Below, in pieces: positions 8,306-18,779 of a stretch of DNA of 64,000 nt (position 1 is the first letter of the stretch; the number at the start of each line of letters is the position of its first letter). Both the position numbers and the translations under genes were made by a program. Below the pieces are notes generated by a model that ran no database searches, was not told the origin of the DNA, and saw nothing but the letters and a program-made list of their open reading frames with translations. This DNA comes from a virus (taxonomy: Duplodnaviria > Caudoviricetes), in IMG/VR virus record IMGVR_UViG_3300042197_001060, positions 7,157 through 71,156 of that record, one strand, 5' to 3'.

Positions 8306-9139
8306 TTATCCTAATAAATGATAATATTCTTTAAAATGTTTTATTCTATCTGCTAATCCAATAGTTCCACCATTTACTCTTTTAGTAATAGATGTTACTA
8401 CTGCATCAGTTGACCCACCATCGGCCAATTTGTTCAGTCCATTTTTAGACCAAAACCATGCTGCTGATAGTAATGCATATTTCCCACTTACCACATCAGG
8501 ATTAGAAGTAATATTTTCTCCGATTGCAGTACCGAATTGGGTATAATTATCCTTTCCTGTCAATTGGATATATCCTCTGCCGCGAAACTTATATCCATCA
8601 CCACTTGCTTCATCGCCATTTGCCATACGATTTGCATATACTTTGTTAGCAATCTTCTCCGGCTTTCTTTCGTAAGGTAAAGCTGATTCTAAAGTTGGAA
8701 AATATTTCTTAAAAATACCATTCAAACCTTTTGCAGAATAGTTTAGATTTTCTTGTGTTGCTCTGAATCCACCACTTTCGTGTCCACATTGTGCAAGAAA
8801 GTGTGCCAATCTCAATGGAGTATTGATTTGGAATTTAGCCGCAGTATTAGGAATCATTGAGATTACTGCATCAGGAATATGTCCTTTTAGTTTTTCCAAC
8901 TTCAATGATCCTGAAGATACAATTGGTGCAGATGGTGTATGTGTTGGTGCGTTTCCTCCCATTATTTTTGCCCAAGTTGCCGGCCCTACAATACCATCGG
9001 GTGTTAAACCATTTTTTGCCTGCCATTCTTTTACGGCTGCTTCGGTTTTAGGTCCAAAGTTAGTTACCGCAGGTGAAATACCTAATTTCTCCTGCATTAA
9101 TTTTACGTTTTCGTTGTTATCTCCTTTTTTAAGTAGCAT
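8306..9139 (-). CDS. endolysin: peptidoglycan-binding domain plus GH19 lysozyme/chitinase domain
   Basis: LLKKGD...FGPKTEAAVKEWQ...DGIVGPATW; HFLAQCGHESGGF, ENLNYS, FRGRGYIQLTG, VNGG. Confidence 0.9.
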   Translation of the reverse strand: MLLKKGDNNENVKLMQEKLGISPAVTNFGPKTEAAVKEWQAKNGLTPDGIVGPATWAKIMGGNAPTHTPSAPIVSSGSLKLEKLKGHIPDAVISMIPNTAAKFQINTPLRLAHFLAQCGHESGGFRATQENLNYSAKGLNGIFKKYFPTLESALPYERKPEKIANKVYANRMANGDEASGDGYKFRGRGYIQLTGKDNYTQFGTAIGENITSNPDVVSGKYALLSAAWFWSKNGLNKLADGGSTDAVVTSITKRVNGGTIGLADRIKHFKEYYHLLG

Positions 9140-9151
9140 AATTATTTGAGT

Positions 9152-9922
9152 TTAATATTTGGTTACAACTTTATAATCAAGTATAGATATTGGTTTGATG
9201 ATGATTTCGTTCCATAAAGAAGTTTTATTTTGTTTACATTCTTCCCAATTTCTACAAAGATTGTTCTCATTATCAGGATAAGAGAAACGGAATAAATTAG
9301 CTGCTCTGTTTCCTTTATCAGTTGCGAACGATTTCACATCCGATTGAAATGCTGCTACCAACTTACCTTTTAGTTTAACCAAAACATTACTTTCAGGTCT
9401 AAAAAACTCTTTCTGTTGTACGGTAAAAGTTGATAACGCGTAAGTGTAACCTGATTCTAAACTATCTACGAGATTTTTCATACCTTCAGGTGATGTCCAA
9501 TGCATCGTTATAACTTCAGTATCGGAGTTTCCGTATGTATCTTCAGTAAATTGTTTATCTAATAAGATATATGGTTCAATTGCCCCTCTACTTTGAAAAA
9601 ATGCTATCTTATCGTTTTCTATATTAATAATGTATTTTGAAAATTCATCCTTCAATCCCCAAACTCTATGGTTTATGAAATCTTCTATGAAATCCAATAC
9701 ATTCTTTTTTGTAAGGTCTGAATACAATTCAGTTTCAACATATAATTGATACCCAAAATATTTGTTTATTAGTCCAACTAATTGAGAGTTATTATCAACA
9801 ATACCACCCCTCACATCATATCCATCATGTTGGAGTTGTAAAAATTCATTAGCAATAGCTTCCCACTCACTTATAGTATGGAAAGTTGCTTCTGGTTTCT
9901 GATATCCTCTAACTGGGTACAT
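9152..9922 (-). CDS. hypothetical protein (possible ADP-ribosyltransferase-like C-terminal domain)
   Basis: 256-aa ORF; ordered motifs MHWTS, LSTFT, WNEII. Confidence 0.5.
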   Translation of the reverse strand: MYPVRGYQKPEATFHTISEWEAIANEFLQLQHDGYDVRGGIVDNNSQLVGLINKYFGYQLYVETELYSDLTKKNVLDFIEDFINHRVWGLKDEFSKYIINIENDKIAFFQSRGAIEPYILLDKQFTEDTYGNSDTEVITMHWTSPEGMKNLVDSLESGYTYALSTFTVQQKEFFRPESNVLVKLKGKLVAAFQSDVKSFATDKGNRAANLFRFSYPDNENNLCRNWEECKQNKTSLWNEIIIKPISILDYKVVTKY

Positions 9923-9934
9923 ATTTAATATGTA

Positions 9935-11656
9935 TTAAACTTTGTATTTCTTTTTTAATAAGTCTATATGACTATACCCAGCCGTAGAAACTACTTTATA
10001 TCCTTTATCTTCCCACTTTTTCATCTTACGAACTAAATTTTCATCTCTTGCATCATTAAATGCAACCTGAATATCATTTACTTTTGTTGGTTTATCTCCA
10101 TTATCTTCTGGAAATGCCAATCTATATAAGGTATTTCTATCTCTTTTAGTTGGTTTATCGAAATTTTTAATTGGTGGAAGTCCAGCTTCTTTAGCTGCAT
10201 CTTGTAAAAATTGTTTACCTTCATCATCCAAATAATCTTCAGCAGCCATATCATCCCCTTGCCCAACCATACTGGTCCAGTTACCTGCTAATACTATATT
10301 ATGAGGTAATCCTGTTTTATTTTCCTGATATTTGTATAATTCAGATTGGTCATTATATACATCCATCTCATCACCATCCCAACTTTCATTTGTAAAATTT
10401 GGATAATGTTTTTTCAATTCGTTATGTATAAATTCTTGTTCCGAACCTTCTACATAGTTTCCTTCACTATCTCCACCTTCTCCCATAAAGACAATTTTAG
10501 TATCTTTTGGATAAAGGTTTTTAACATCATCAATTACTTGTTTAGCACCCTCAATATTATCATGCTCTACACCAAAAATTGTTGAACCATTTTTAGTTTG
10601 TATAGTGCCTAATTCTTCACCTTCCGAAGAAACTCTTTTACTTGGTTGGGACTTTTTTTTTTGAGCGGGTGCCATTGGAGCAGGACCACCTTCTGCACCT
10701 GTATCTGCTTTCTTTGCTCTGATACCAATCTTTTCTGCGAATTCATTAGAACGCTTTACTAATGGTTCAATTGGTTCATCAATTACCCTAACTTTCATTG
10801 GTATTGGATTATCAGGATTTGCAGCATTATGTGCCACAATTGCTGCCCATCTATGGTGTCCATCCAATACATATCCATCATTGGAAACGTAAATTGGTGC
10901 GGTTATTTTTTCATATGCTGGATGATTAGGGTCAGCCAATACTTTACTCATTCCTGCTACTTTAACTCCTACGAGTTCACTTTGAGTTGCTTTTAATCGG
11001 TCTGCAGGAACTTCTACTGGCTCTGATACTTTAATACCATCTTTTTCCAACATTTTTTTGAAAAATTCTTCAGTATCTGCTTCTCCGTTTTCATCCTTTG
11101 GAAGTTTATCTGCTGGAGAACCTGGTTCAGGTGTTCCTTTAAATTGTGGCATATCCTCACGAGGTATACCCTTATTACCATCACAATATAAGTTGGTTCC
11201 TGGAATGGTTACTTTACATAAATTGAAGTTTGGTGCCTGTTCTCTTTTAGCTTTTGCTTCAGCCCCCAATTGTGCCAACTTATCTACAACAGTAGATATT
11301 TGCTGTCTTTCAATCGGAGTTACCTGTGATAGAGGTTTTGCTGAAAAATCTGCACCTGGCATTAAATCTTTCAACTTTGGTATCCCACTATCTTTAGGAG
11401 TTTCAGCTGATGATTTAAAATCACTACCACCTAATTTTTGACCAGGTTTAGTTGGTGCAGTATTTTTTGGAGTTTGTTTGGGTTGAGGTTCCCCTTTTGG
11501 TAATTGACCATTATTGGCCGTTTTAGCTTTTTCAATTTCGGCAGGAGTAGGTTTGTCATGCTTATTCGGGTCCATTTTTTGAACCACATAAACATTACCA
11601 GTTTTTTTGTTTTTTACAACATCCTCTTCCTTTAGTAGTGATTTAAGCTTTATCAT
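9935..11656 (-). CDS. putative head-packaged protein: ParB/Srx-like domain plus TraB/Tiki(ChaN/EreA)-like domain
   Basis: Begins MIKLKSLLKEE; LKATQ...PIYVSNDGYVLDGHHRWAA; IFGVEH, FMGEG, RDENL...VSTAGYSH. Confidence 0.6.
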   Translation of the reverse strand: MIKLKSLLKEEDVVKNKKTGNVYVVQKMDPNKHDKPTPAEIEKAKTANNGQLPKGEPQPKQTPKNTAPTKPGQKLGGSDFKSSAETPKDSGIPKLKDLMPGADFSAKPLSQVTPIERQQISTVVDKLAQLGAEAKAKREQAPNFNLCKVTIPGTNLYCDGNKGIPREDMPQFKGTPEPGSPADKLPKDENGEADTEEFFKKMLEKDGIKVSEPVEVPADRLKATQSELVGVKVAGMSKVLADPNHPAYEKITAPIYVSNDGYVLDGHHRWAAIVAHNAANPDNPIPMKVRVIDEPIEPLVKRSNEFAEKIGIRAKKADTGAEGGPAPMAPAQKKKSQPSKRVSSEGEELGTIQTKNGSTIFGVEHDNIEGAKQVIDDVKNLYPKDTKIVFMGEGGDSEGNYVEGSEQEFIHNELKKHYPNFTNESWDGDEMDVYNDQSELYKYQENKTGLPHNIVLAGNWTSMVGQGDDMAAEDYLDDEGKQFLQDAAKEAGLPPIKNFDKPTKRDRNTLYRLAFPEDNGDKPTKVNDIQVAFNDARDENLVRKMKKWEDKGYKVVSTAGYSHIDLLKKKYKV

Positions 11657-11657
11657 T

Positions 11658-11786
11658 CTATCTACCCTGTCCTCTGTATTTTTTAGGTTTCTCTTCGTAC
11701 TTTGAGTAGGATTTTTTGGCTACTCCAGTTCTCTTTTTACCAAACGAAATTTTTCTAGATGATTCTGAACTACCTTTCTTCGCCAT
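11658..11786 (-). CDS. small basic protein ending KKYRGQGR
   Basis: Manual translation MAKKGSSESSRKISFGKKRTGVAKKSYSKYEEKPKKYRGQGR (42 aa); fills the gap between its neighbours. Confidence 0.7.
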   Translation of the reverse strand: MAKKGSSESSRKISFGKKRTGVAKKSYSKYEEKPKKYRGQGR

Positions 11787-11792
11787 CGAATA

Positions 11793-12092
11793 TTACTTTT
11801 TAGTATTTGAGTTTTTGTTTTGAGAAGGCTTTCTCCCTCTGCGGGCACCATCTCCTTTAGCAGCACTTACTACATCTTTAGATTGTTTTACAACCTCTTT
11901 AGCAGCGGTTGCAACATCTTTAACTTCTTCTGCAATTCGTTTTGCTCGTACTTTTACTTCTTCTACTTTTTCTTCAATAGCATCTGGAATTAAGTTTCCA
12001 TCTTTATCTTCATATATCTTTGTTTTTTTAAGATAAATTGTAGTTGCTGTAATTACGGCTGCTAATACTAGAATAACGATAAATGTTGTCAT
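11793..12092 (-). CDS. hypothetical membrane-anchored protein
   Basis: N-terminal TM, DKDGNLIPD loop, helical region, basic tail. Confidence 0.65.
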   Translation of the reverse strand: MTTFIVILVLAAVITATTIYLKKTKIYEDKDGNLIPDAIEEKVEEVKVRAKRIAEEVKDVATAAKEVVKQSKDVVSAAKGDGARRGRKPSQNKNSNTKK

Positions 12093-12134
12093 GATTTTTG
12101 TTTTATAGTAAACGATTTATTTTAAATATAAGTA

Positions 12135-12458
12135 TTAAATTTTTTTGAAAAATACTTGTCCATAAAATTCATAATTTTTATGAACTGATATTTCATCCCC
12201 CACTTCAATAGCTTCATCTTCATCTCTGTAGATAGCATCAACTGGGCATTCTGGTACACATGCACCACAATTTATACATTCAACTGGATTAATATAAAGT
12301 TGTCCTCCTGGAAATAATTCTTTATTCTTACCATTACTTCCAACCTCATACCCCATACCCATAATATCAATTGGCCCATTAATACAATCTACTGGACATA
12401 CATCAACACACGAGGTATCCATACAATCGACACAAGCCTTACCAATGATAAAACTCAT
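12135..12458 (-). CDS. dicluster (7Fe/8Fe) ferredoxin
   Basis: CVDCMDTSCVDVCP and CINCGACVPECPVDAI. Confidence 0.9.
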   Translation of the reverse strand: MSFIIGKACVDCMDTSCVDVCPVDCINGPIDIMGMGYEVGSNGKNKELFPGGQLYINPVECINCGACVPECPVDAIYRDEDEAIEVGDEISVHKNYEFYGQVFFKKI

Positions 12459-12826
12459 TCTAAATCTTTTGGTGTATTTTTATAAATTCTATAAGAATCA
12501 TCATCAAAGTGTTGAGTGCTAATTTCAAAAACAATAGAGTTATTATCTAATGCCGTTAGTTGATGTGGTAATCCTTTTGGAATATAAACCGAATCGCCAG
12601 TTTTCAAAACTTTGGTGCATTTTTTTCCAATTTCCGTATCTATATAATCAAATATAAATGAACCTGATTGTATGTACCAAGTTTCATTTTTTATCATATG
12701 ATAATGCATTGAAAATTTATTACCGGAATTTATGAATACCAAAAGTTTACCACAGTATTGTGAATCATTATGTATCCATAATTCATGCCCCCAGGGTTTT
12801 TCGACTTTTAATGGTTTAAATATCAT
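12455..12826 (-). CDS. cupin protein (mannose-6-phosphate isomerase C-terminal-like)
   Basis: VEKPWGHE, FSMHYH...KNETWY, IPKGLPH, EIST. Start trimmed to MIFKP. Confidence 0.8.
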   Translation of the reverse strand: MIFKPLKVEKPWGHELWIHNDSQYCGKLLVFINSGNKFSMHYHMIKNETWYIQSGSFIFDYIDTEIGKKCTKVLKTGDSVYIPKGLPHQLTALDNNSIVFEISTQHFDDDSYRIYKNTPKDLE

Positions 12827-12830
12827 TTTT

Positions 12831-13052
12831 TTATTTTTTTTTCTCAACAAGAGTTCTTTCTGAAAGTGGTGAACCCAAAGGTCTTTGATAAATAGTCTCA
12901 CCCTTATCAGGTGATTCGTAGATATACTTGCCTTCTACTAATTTCATATATTCTTCTATTTTTTGTTGATGTTCGTAATACAATTTTCTAACTTGTTTAC
13001 CCAATTCCATATCGTTTGAATACTCTTTAACTAATTCGATTACCTCTTTCAT
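12831..13052 (-). CDS. hypothetical protein
   Basis: Start trimmed to MKEVIE; contains IYESPDKGETIYQR. Confidence 0.6.
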   Translation of the reverse strand: MKEVIELVKEYSNDMELGKQVRKLYYEHQQKIEEYMKLVEGKYIYESPDKGETIYQRPLGSPLSERTLVEKKK

Positions 13053-13528
13053 AATGCTAAATTTAAATATTTTTCCAATAACCAAGATGATGATTGAACT
13101 TTATCACCAAGCCCCCATACCGAATCAATTCCTAATAAATCACATACTGAATTTTCAGGAGTAGTAGTTTCGGTTCTATCACCGCCATTACCAAATGCAA
13201 CGGCACCTTTTGATAGTTCACCATGTTCTCTTATATACTTTCTTCTGGAAGCATCGATAAAATCAACTGCAGTATTATCCAAATGGTCTTTTGGGTTCAT
13301 AACATAAACCCAATCTACATTTTTAAGATTACTCATTATGAATGCTCTTTCTTTTTCATCCATAAATGCTTTACCTTTTTTTCGTTTTAACCATGCATCG
13401 TTATTCAAACCAATCCAAACTTCATCTGCAAGTTCTTTTGCGTTGTTGATACATTCAATGTGACCTTTATGAACTGGGTCAAACCCACCACTAATTAAGA
13501 TAACTTTATATTTTTTAGTCTTCGCCAT
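13049..13528 (-). CDS. cytidylyltransferase-like nucleotidyltransferase (RfaE-II/TagD family)
   Basis: SGGFDPVHKGH (HxGH), GLNND, ER, NGGDR, SSS. Confidence 0.85.
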   Translation of the reverse strand: MAKTKKYKVILISGGFDPVHKGHIECINNAKELADEVWIGLNNDAWLKRKKGKAFMDEKERAFIMSNLKNVDWVYVMNPKDHLDNTAVDFIDASRRKYIREHGELSKGAVAFGNGGDRTETTTPENSVCDLLGIDSVWGLGDKVQSSSWLLEKYLNLAL

Positions 13529-13763
13529 ATAATGAGAATCGTTTAATTTCTTTCTCTACTTCCGCTTGCTTAACTATTTCTACGGTTCCTTTTCTTGCTT
13601 CAATATAGAAATTAGTATCTCCATCTTGTTGATACCATCCTTCCAACGCGTCAGTTAGAGATGGGTAAATAGTTTTTTTAGAACCATCGGCAAATACCCA
13701 TCTATCTCCAGGTGGTACTCTTTTAAGAACGAGTATTCTTTCTTCTTTAATTTCCTTTTCCAT
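13515..13763 (-). CDS. hypothetical protein
   Basis: 82-aa ORF overlapping both neighbours. Confidence 0.6.
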   Translation of the reverse strand: MEKEIKEERILVLKRVPPGDRWVFADGSKKTIYPSLTDALEGWYQQDGDTNFYIEARKGTVEIVKQAEVEKEIKRFSLYGED

Positions 13764-14874
13764 TTTTTATTAAATTTAAAACATCTTCTTTTTTATGATA
13801 ACTATTCAATAACTCTTTAAATAATTTAGTATTATTTTTTAACTTTTCACCGTATTTTCCCATAAGATAACTATGAACCAGATTATTATCATTTAATTTA
13901 TATTTTAATTCTTTTAAGAAAATTGATGTATCAATCACCGACTGTTCCATAGCTGAATACGATAGAATACCATCCGCGTAGCCAACCGTTTGTGGTACTT
14001 CTTTTTCTTGATTATAAAATTCACAATTTAAAAACCAAAACCCCATGTCAACCAAATGTTTAAATAATTTAGTTGGTCCATACCAAATAAAGAAAATTTC
14101 TTCTTCTGAAAAACATATAGCTTTTAGTGTTTTTTCGGTAATATATTGTCTACCATGCATTTTATTATCCGGATTTTCTTCATTTCCGTTTGAATGTAAT
14201 GTTTCAAAAATTACATTACAAACACTAGTTGTAAAATCTAGATATGATGTTATGTGGGTATTTCCCCAATGACCAAACAAAGTGTATGGTTGTAATAATA
14301 ATTTTAAATTGTAATCATTTGAGTTATATGATGTGAAATCAAATTGTACTATGTTTTTAATTTGTAAATATAAATAATTTCGATGATTTTTGTGTGAATT
14401 AACACCATCAATTGGCTTATGATATATTCCTAATAAATTATTTTTTTTATCAAATTTGTAATAATTTAGAAAATTAAATCCATACTGATAATAGAAATAT
14501 ATCAAATTAAATATGGGTTCATAATAAAAATTAGGATGCTCAAATGAAATAGATGCCGAAGATAAACATATATTTCCGGCATCTAAATATTCCTTTAAAG
14601 CTTGATTACTTACATGATAATTTTCTACAGTTTGTGTTTGTATCAGTCTATCAAATCCTGTAAAATTCTTCCATTCTTGAAAAGTATGAAATAATCGTAT
14701 CTTATAATCACATTCCTCTATATCTTTATATTTATGTGAAAATATGTACTCATCATTTTTATAAAAAAATGAAAAAGTATTTGAATCATTTTCCAAATTA
14801 AATTTGCCATCAGAAAATGCGTATAGTAATGCTATACAATCTTCATACGAACAATATAGAAGACCTATTTTCAT
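13747..14874 (-). CDS. hypothetical protein (possible glycosyltransferase-like)
   Basis: 375 aa; VIFET...ITEKTLK...FIWYG recalls the GT10-like ITEK motif. Confidence 0.5.
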   Translation of the reverse strand: MKIGLLYCSYEDCIALLYAFSDGKFNLENDSNTFSFFYKNDEYIFSHKYKDIEECDYKIRLFHTFQEWKNFTGFDRLIQTQTVENYHVSNQALKEYLDAGNICLSSASISFEHPNFYYEPIFNLIYFYYQYGFNFLNYYKFDKKNNLLGIYHKPIDGVNSHKNHRNYLYLQIKNIVQFDFTSYNSNDYNLKLLLQPYTLFGHWGNTHITSYLDFTTSVCNVIFETLHSNGNEENPDNKMHGRQYITEKTLKAICFSEEEIFFIWYGPTKLFKHLVDMGFWFLNCEFYNQEKEVPQTVGYADGILSYSAMEQSVIDTSIFLKELKYKLNDNNLVHSYLMGKYGEKLKNNTKLFKELLNSYHKKEDVLNLIKNGKGN

Positions 14875-15080
14875 TAAAATACTTCAATAATTCTAGTTTC
14901 ACTAACTTTTACTACTTCATATTCTAAATTAACACCTTCTGATACAAATTTATTAACCAATTTTGCTTCTGCTTCTGTTACCGAAAGTGCATCTACTAAA
15001 TAGTTTTCTTTGTTCTTTTTGATTTTACCTTTCGCATCTTCTACTTCCACTGCTACTAGTACTGAATAAAACTTTGCCAT
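14874..15080 (-). CDS. DUF4494-family protein
   Basis: ENYLVDALSVTEAEAK...ETRIIEVF, characteristic of this Bacteroidota family. Confidence 0.75.
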   Translation of the reverse strand: MAKFYSVLVAVEVEDAKGKIKKNKENYLVDALSVTEAEAKLVNKFVSEGVNLEYEVVKVSETRIIEVF

Positions 15081-15116
15081 AATTTTTGTTTTTTATTTGT
15101 TGTTTGATTTAAATTT

Positions 15117-16760
<1,644 letters not shown>

Positions 16761-16764
16761 TCAA

Positions 16765-16795
16765 CGAATATAATAGAAATATTTTAATTTTCCAA
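16765..16795 (-). promoter_or_regulatory. Bacteroidota-type promoter for groEL
   Basis: Minus strand TTG-N20-TATATTCG. Confidence 0.65.
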
Positions 16796-16796
16796 G

Positions 16797-16967
16797 CTAT
16801 CTCCCTCTTCTTATTCGAATTTCTAATTCTTTTAAATAGGATGCTTTCCATTTATGTTCAACCGATATAGGTCCATGTGGAAATTTACTTAAATCATATT
16901 TCCAAATAGAAACACAATCCCTATCTTCAAAAATATGCTCAAATTTTTTAGATTTTTCTAAACTCAT
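16797..16967 (-). CDS. hypothetical protein (56 aa)
   Basis: Manual translation MSLEKSKKFEHIFEDRDCVSIWKYDLSKFPHGPISVEHKW...; ATGA overlap with the upstream stop. Confidence 0.6.
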   Translation of the reverse strand: MSLEKSKKFEHIFEDRDCVSIWKYDLSKFPHGPISVEHKWKASYLKELEIRIRRGR

Positions 16968-17725
16968 TGATTAAAATATTCTGAATTAGTTTGTATAATG
17001 TAATCTGCAAAAGATTTATGCATTCTGGTTGACCAATGATGGTCACCCTGTACACCAATTTCACCATTCGTTTCTTTCCATACATCATTCAATGATTCCC
17101 AGAACCCTAAATTATAAGTTATTTCATTCTTACCGATTACACATCCTGCACCATACTCATCTGTCCAACTATAATATAATAATTTAAATGGTACATACGA
17201 TTGTACTGATTTTAAAATACAATTCCAATTATCTACAAATGCTTTAGACGTATTTATCATTTGAGATATGTTTGCAAAATTAGGTTCTTTATCAGGTGCG
17301 TTGGGTTGAAATATTTTTGGATTGATATAATCTAATGGAGATTCCAAACGCCACTCTTCATCAGCCATGAGTGACCTGTCTTTTGTAATAGATGTATACG
17401 CGGCTCCTCCAATCATTGAATTCATGTTTAAATTCGATATTTTATTAGCGGACAAATCATCGGACCATTCTACATCTACATATGGGGTTTCTAATGGTAA
17501 TCTAAATCTACTCAATGTTGGTAACATTAAAATAACAATATCATTTGATTGTATTTTATGTAATTTCTGTAAAAATATGTCAAATATAGTTTGAATATCT
17601 CTACTACCACGTGATGATACATAATAATGCTCACCAATAAATTGCTTACAAATTTTAGAAATCCAAGCATTTGGGCCTCCGCCTGTGAAACTATCTCCTA
17701 TAATCCAAAGTTTTCTATTATCCAT
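16964..17725 (-). CDS. SGNH/GDSL-like protein
   Basis: WIIGDSFT near the N-terminus and GDHHWS near the C-terminus. Confidence 0.6.
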   Translation of the reverse strand: MDNRKLWIIGDSFTGGGPNAWISKICKQFIGEHYYVSSRGSRDIQTIFDIFLQKLHKIQSNDIVILMLPTLSRFRLPLETPYVDVEWSDDLSANKISNLNMNSMIGGAAYTSITKDRSLMADEEWRLESPLDYINPKIFQPNAPDKEPNFANISQMINTSKAFVDNWNCILKSVQSYVPFKLLYYSWTDEYGAGCVIGKNEITYNLGFWESLNDVWKETNGEIGVQGDHHWSTRMHKSFADYIIQTNSEYFNQ

Positions 17726-17729
17726 TTTG

Positions 17730-17760
17730 TAAATATAGTAATAAAAATTAAATTTGCCAA
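17730..17760 (-). promoter_or_regulatory. Bacteroidota-type promoter
   Basis: Minus strand TTG-N20-TATATTTA. Confidence 0.55.
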
Positions 17761-18779
17761 GTCCTTATACCAAATTTATTCCAAGTAAATGGTTGATGAT
17801 GCCCCATATTTAATTTATTTAACTCATTTATCACTTTATATTTAGTATTAGTTGGACAATAGAAAAACATAAATCCTCCTCCTCCTGCTCCACTTATTTT
17901 TCCACCAGTGGAACCTGCTTTGATTGCTGTTTCGTATAACAATTCTATTTCAGGTGTACTGATTCCCTTTGCTAACATTTTCTTTTGTTGAAATCCGTAA
18001 TCTAGTATTTCACCTAACCCATCTATATTACCCTTAATTAAACAATCCTTTATCATTTTAGCCTGCTCAACTAATGCATGTAATGAAAGTAAAGATGTTG
18101 TATTATTATTGTTTATCTTCTGTAATTGTTCCGTCAATACATCAGAACTATTTCTAGTAAAGTTTGTAAAATAAAGTAAAATGTTATTTTCCAATTCATC
18201 TTGTACTTTATCTTTAATTCTGATTGGATTTACAATTACGTCGTTTCCTCTAAATTCCATATAGTTGAAACCACCAAATGCTGCCGCGTATTGGTCTTGC
18301 TTACCACCATTTTCTTTCAATTCAACTCTTTCAATTTGAATTGCCATTTCAGCAATATCATATTCTCCCAATGGTAAGTTGAATAATTCCATGTAAACAC
18401 CAATTAAAGAAACTATAAGAGTAGATGAAGTGCCTAACCCACTACCTGTTGGTACATCTTGATTTGAAATTATATCACATCCAAATGGTTCTATATTAAA
18501 TCGTTTACAGATGTGATTGTGAGTTGCTTTAAAGAGTTTCAATCCGTAAGAACAATCCAATTCATCACTGAAATCGTGCTCTTCGTATTCATCCTTATTT
18601 ACCCATTTAAATGTAACTTTGGTATCATCCCTCAATTCTAAAGAAGTATGGGTAAATAAACGAATAGTTGTATTGATTACTGCACCGACATGACTTTTTG
18701 TATATGATGGCATATCGGTTCCTCCACCTCCAAAACTAATTCGGAATGGAACTTTACTCCTGTATATCTTCTTCTTCAT
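17748..18779 (-). CDS. hddA: GHMP kinase, D-glycero-D-manno-heptose-7-phosphate kinase-like
   Basis: PFRISFGGGGTD, PTGSGLGTSS, GGKQDQYAAAFGGFN, GGKISGAGGGGF. Confidence 0.85.
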   Translation of the reverse strand: MKKKIYRSKVPFRISFGGGGTDMPSYTKSHVGAVINTTIRLFTHTSLELRDDTKVTFKWVNKDEYEEHDFSDELDCSYGLKLFKATHNHICKRFNIEPFGCDIISNQDVPTGSGLGTSSTLIVSLIGVYMELFNLPLGEYDIAEMAIQIERVELKENGGKQDQYAAAFGGFNYMEFRGNDVIVNPIRIKDKVQDELENNILLYFTNFTRNSSDVLTEQLQKINNNNTTSLLSLHALVEQAKMIKDCLIKGNIDGLGEILDYGFQQKKMLAKGISTPEIELLYETAIKAGSTGGKISGAGGGGFMFFYCPTNTKYKVINELNKLNMGHHQPFTWNKFGIRTWQI

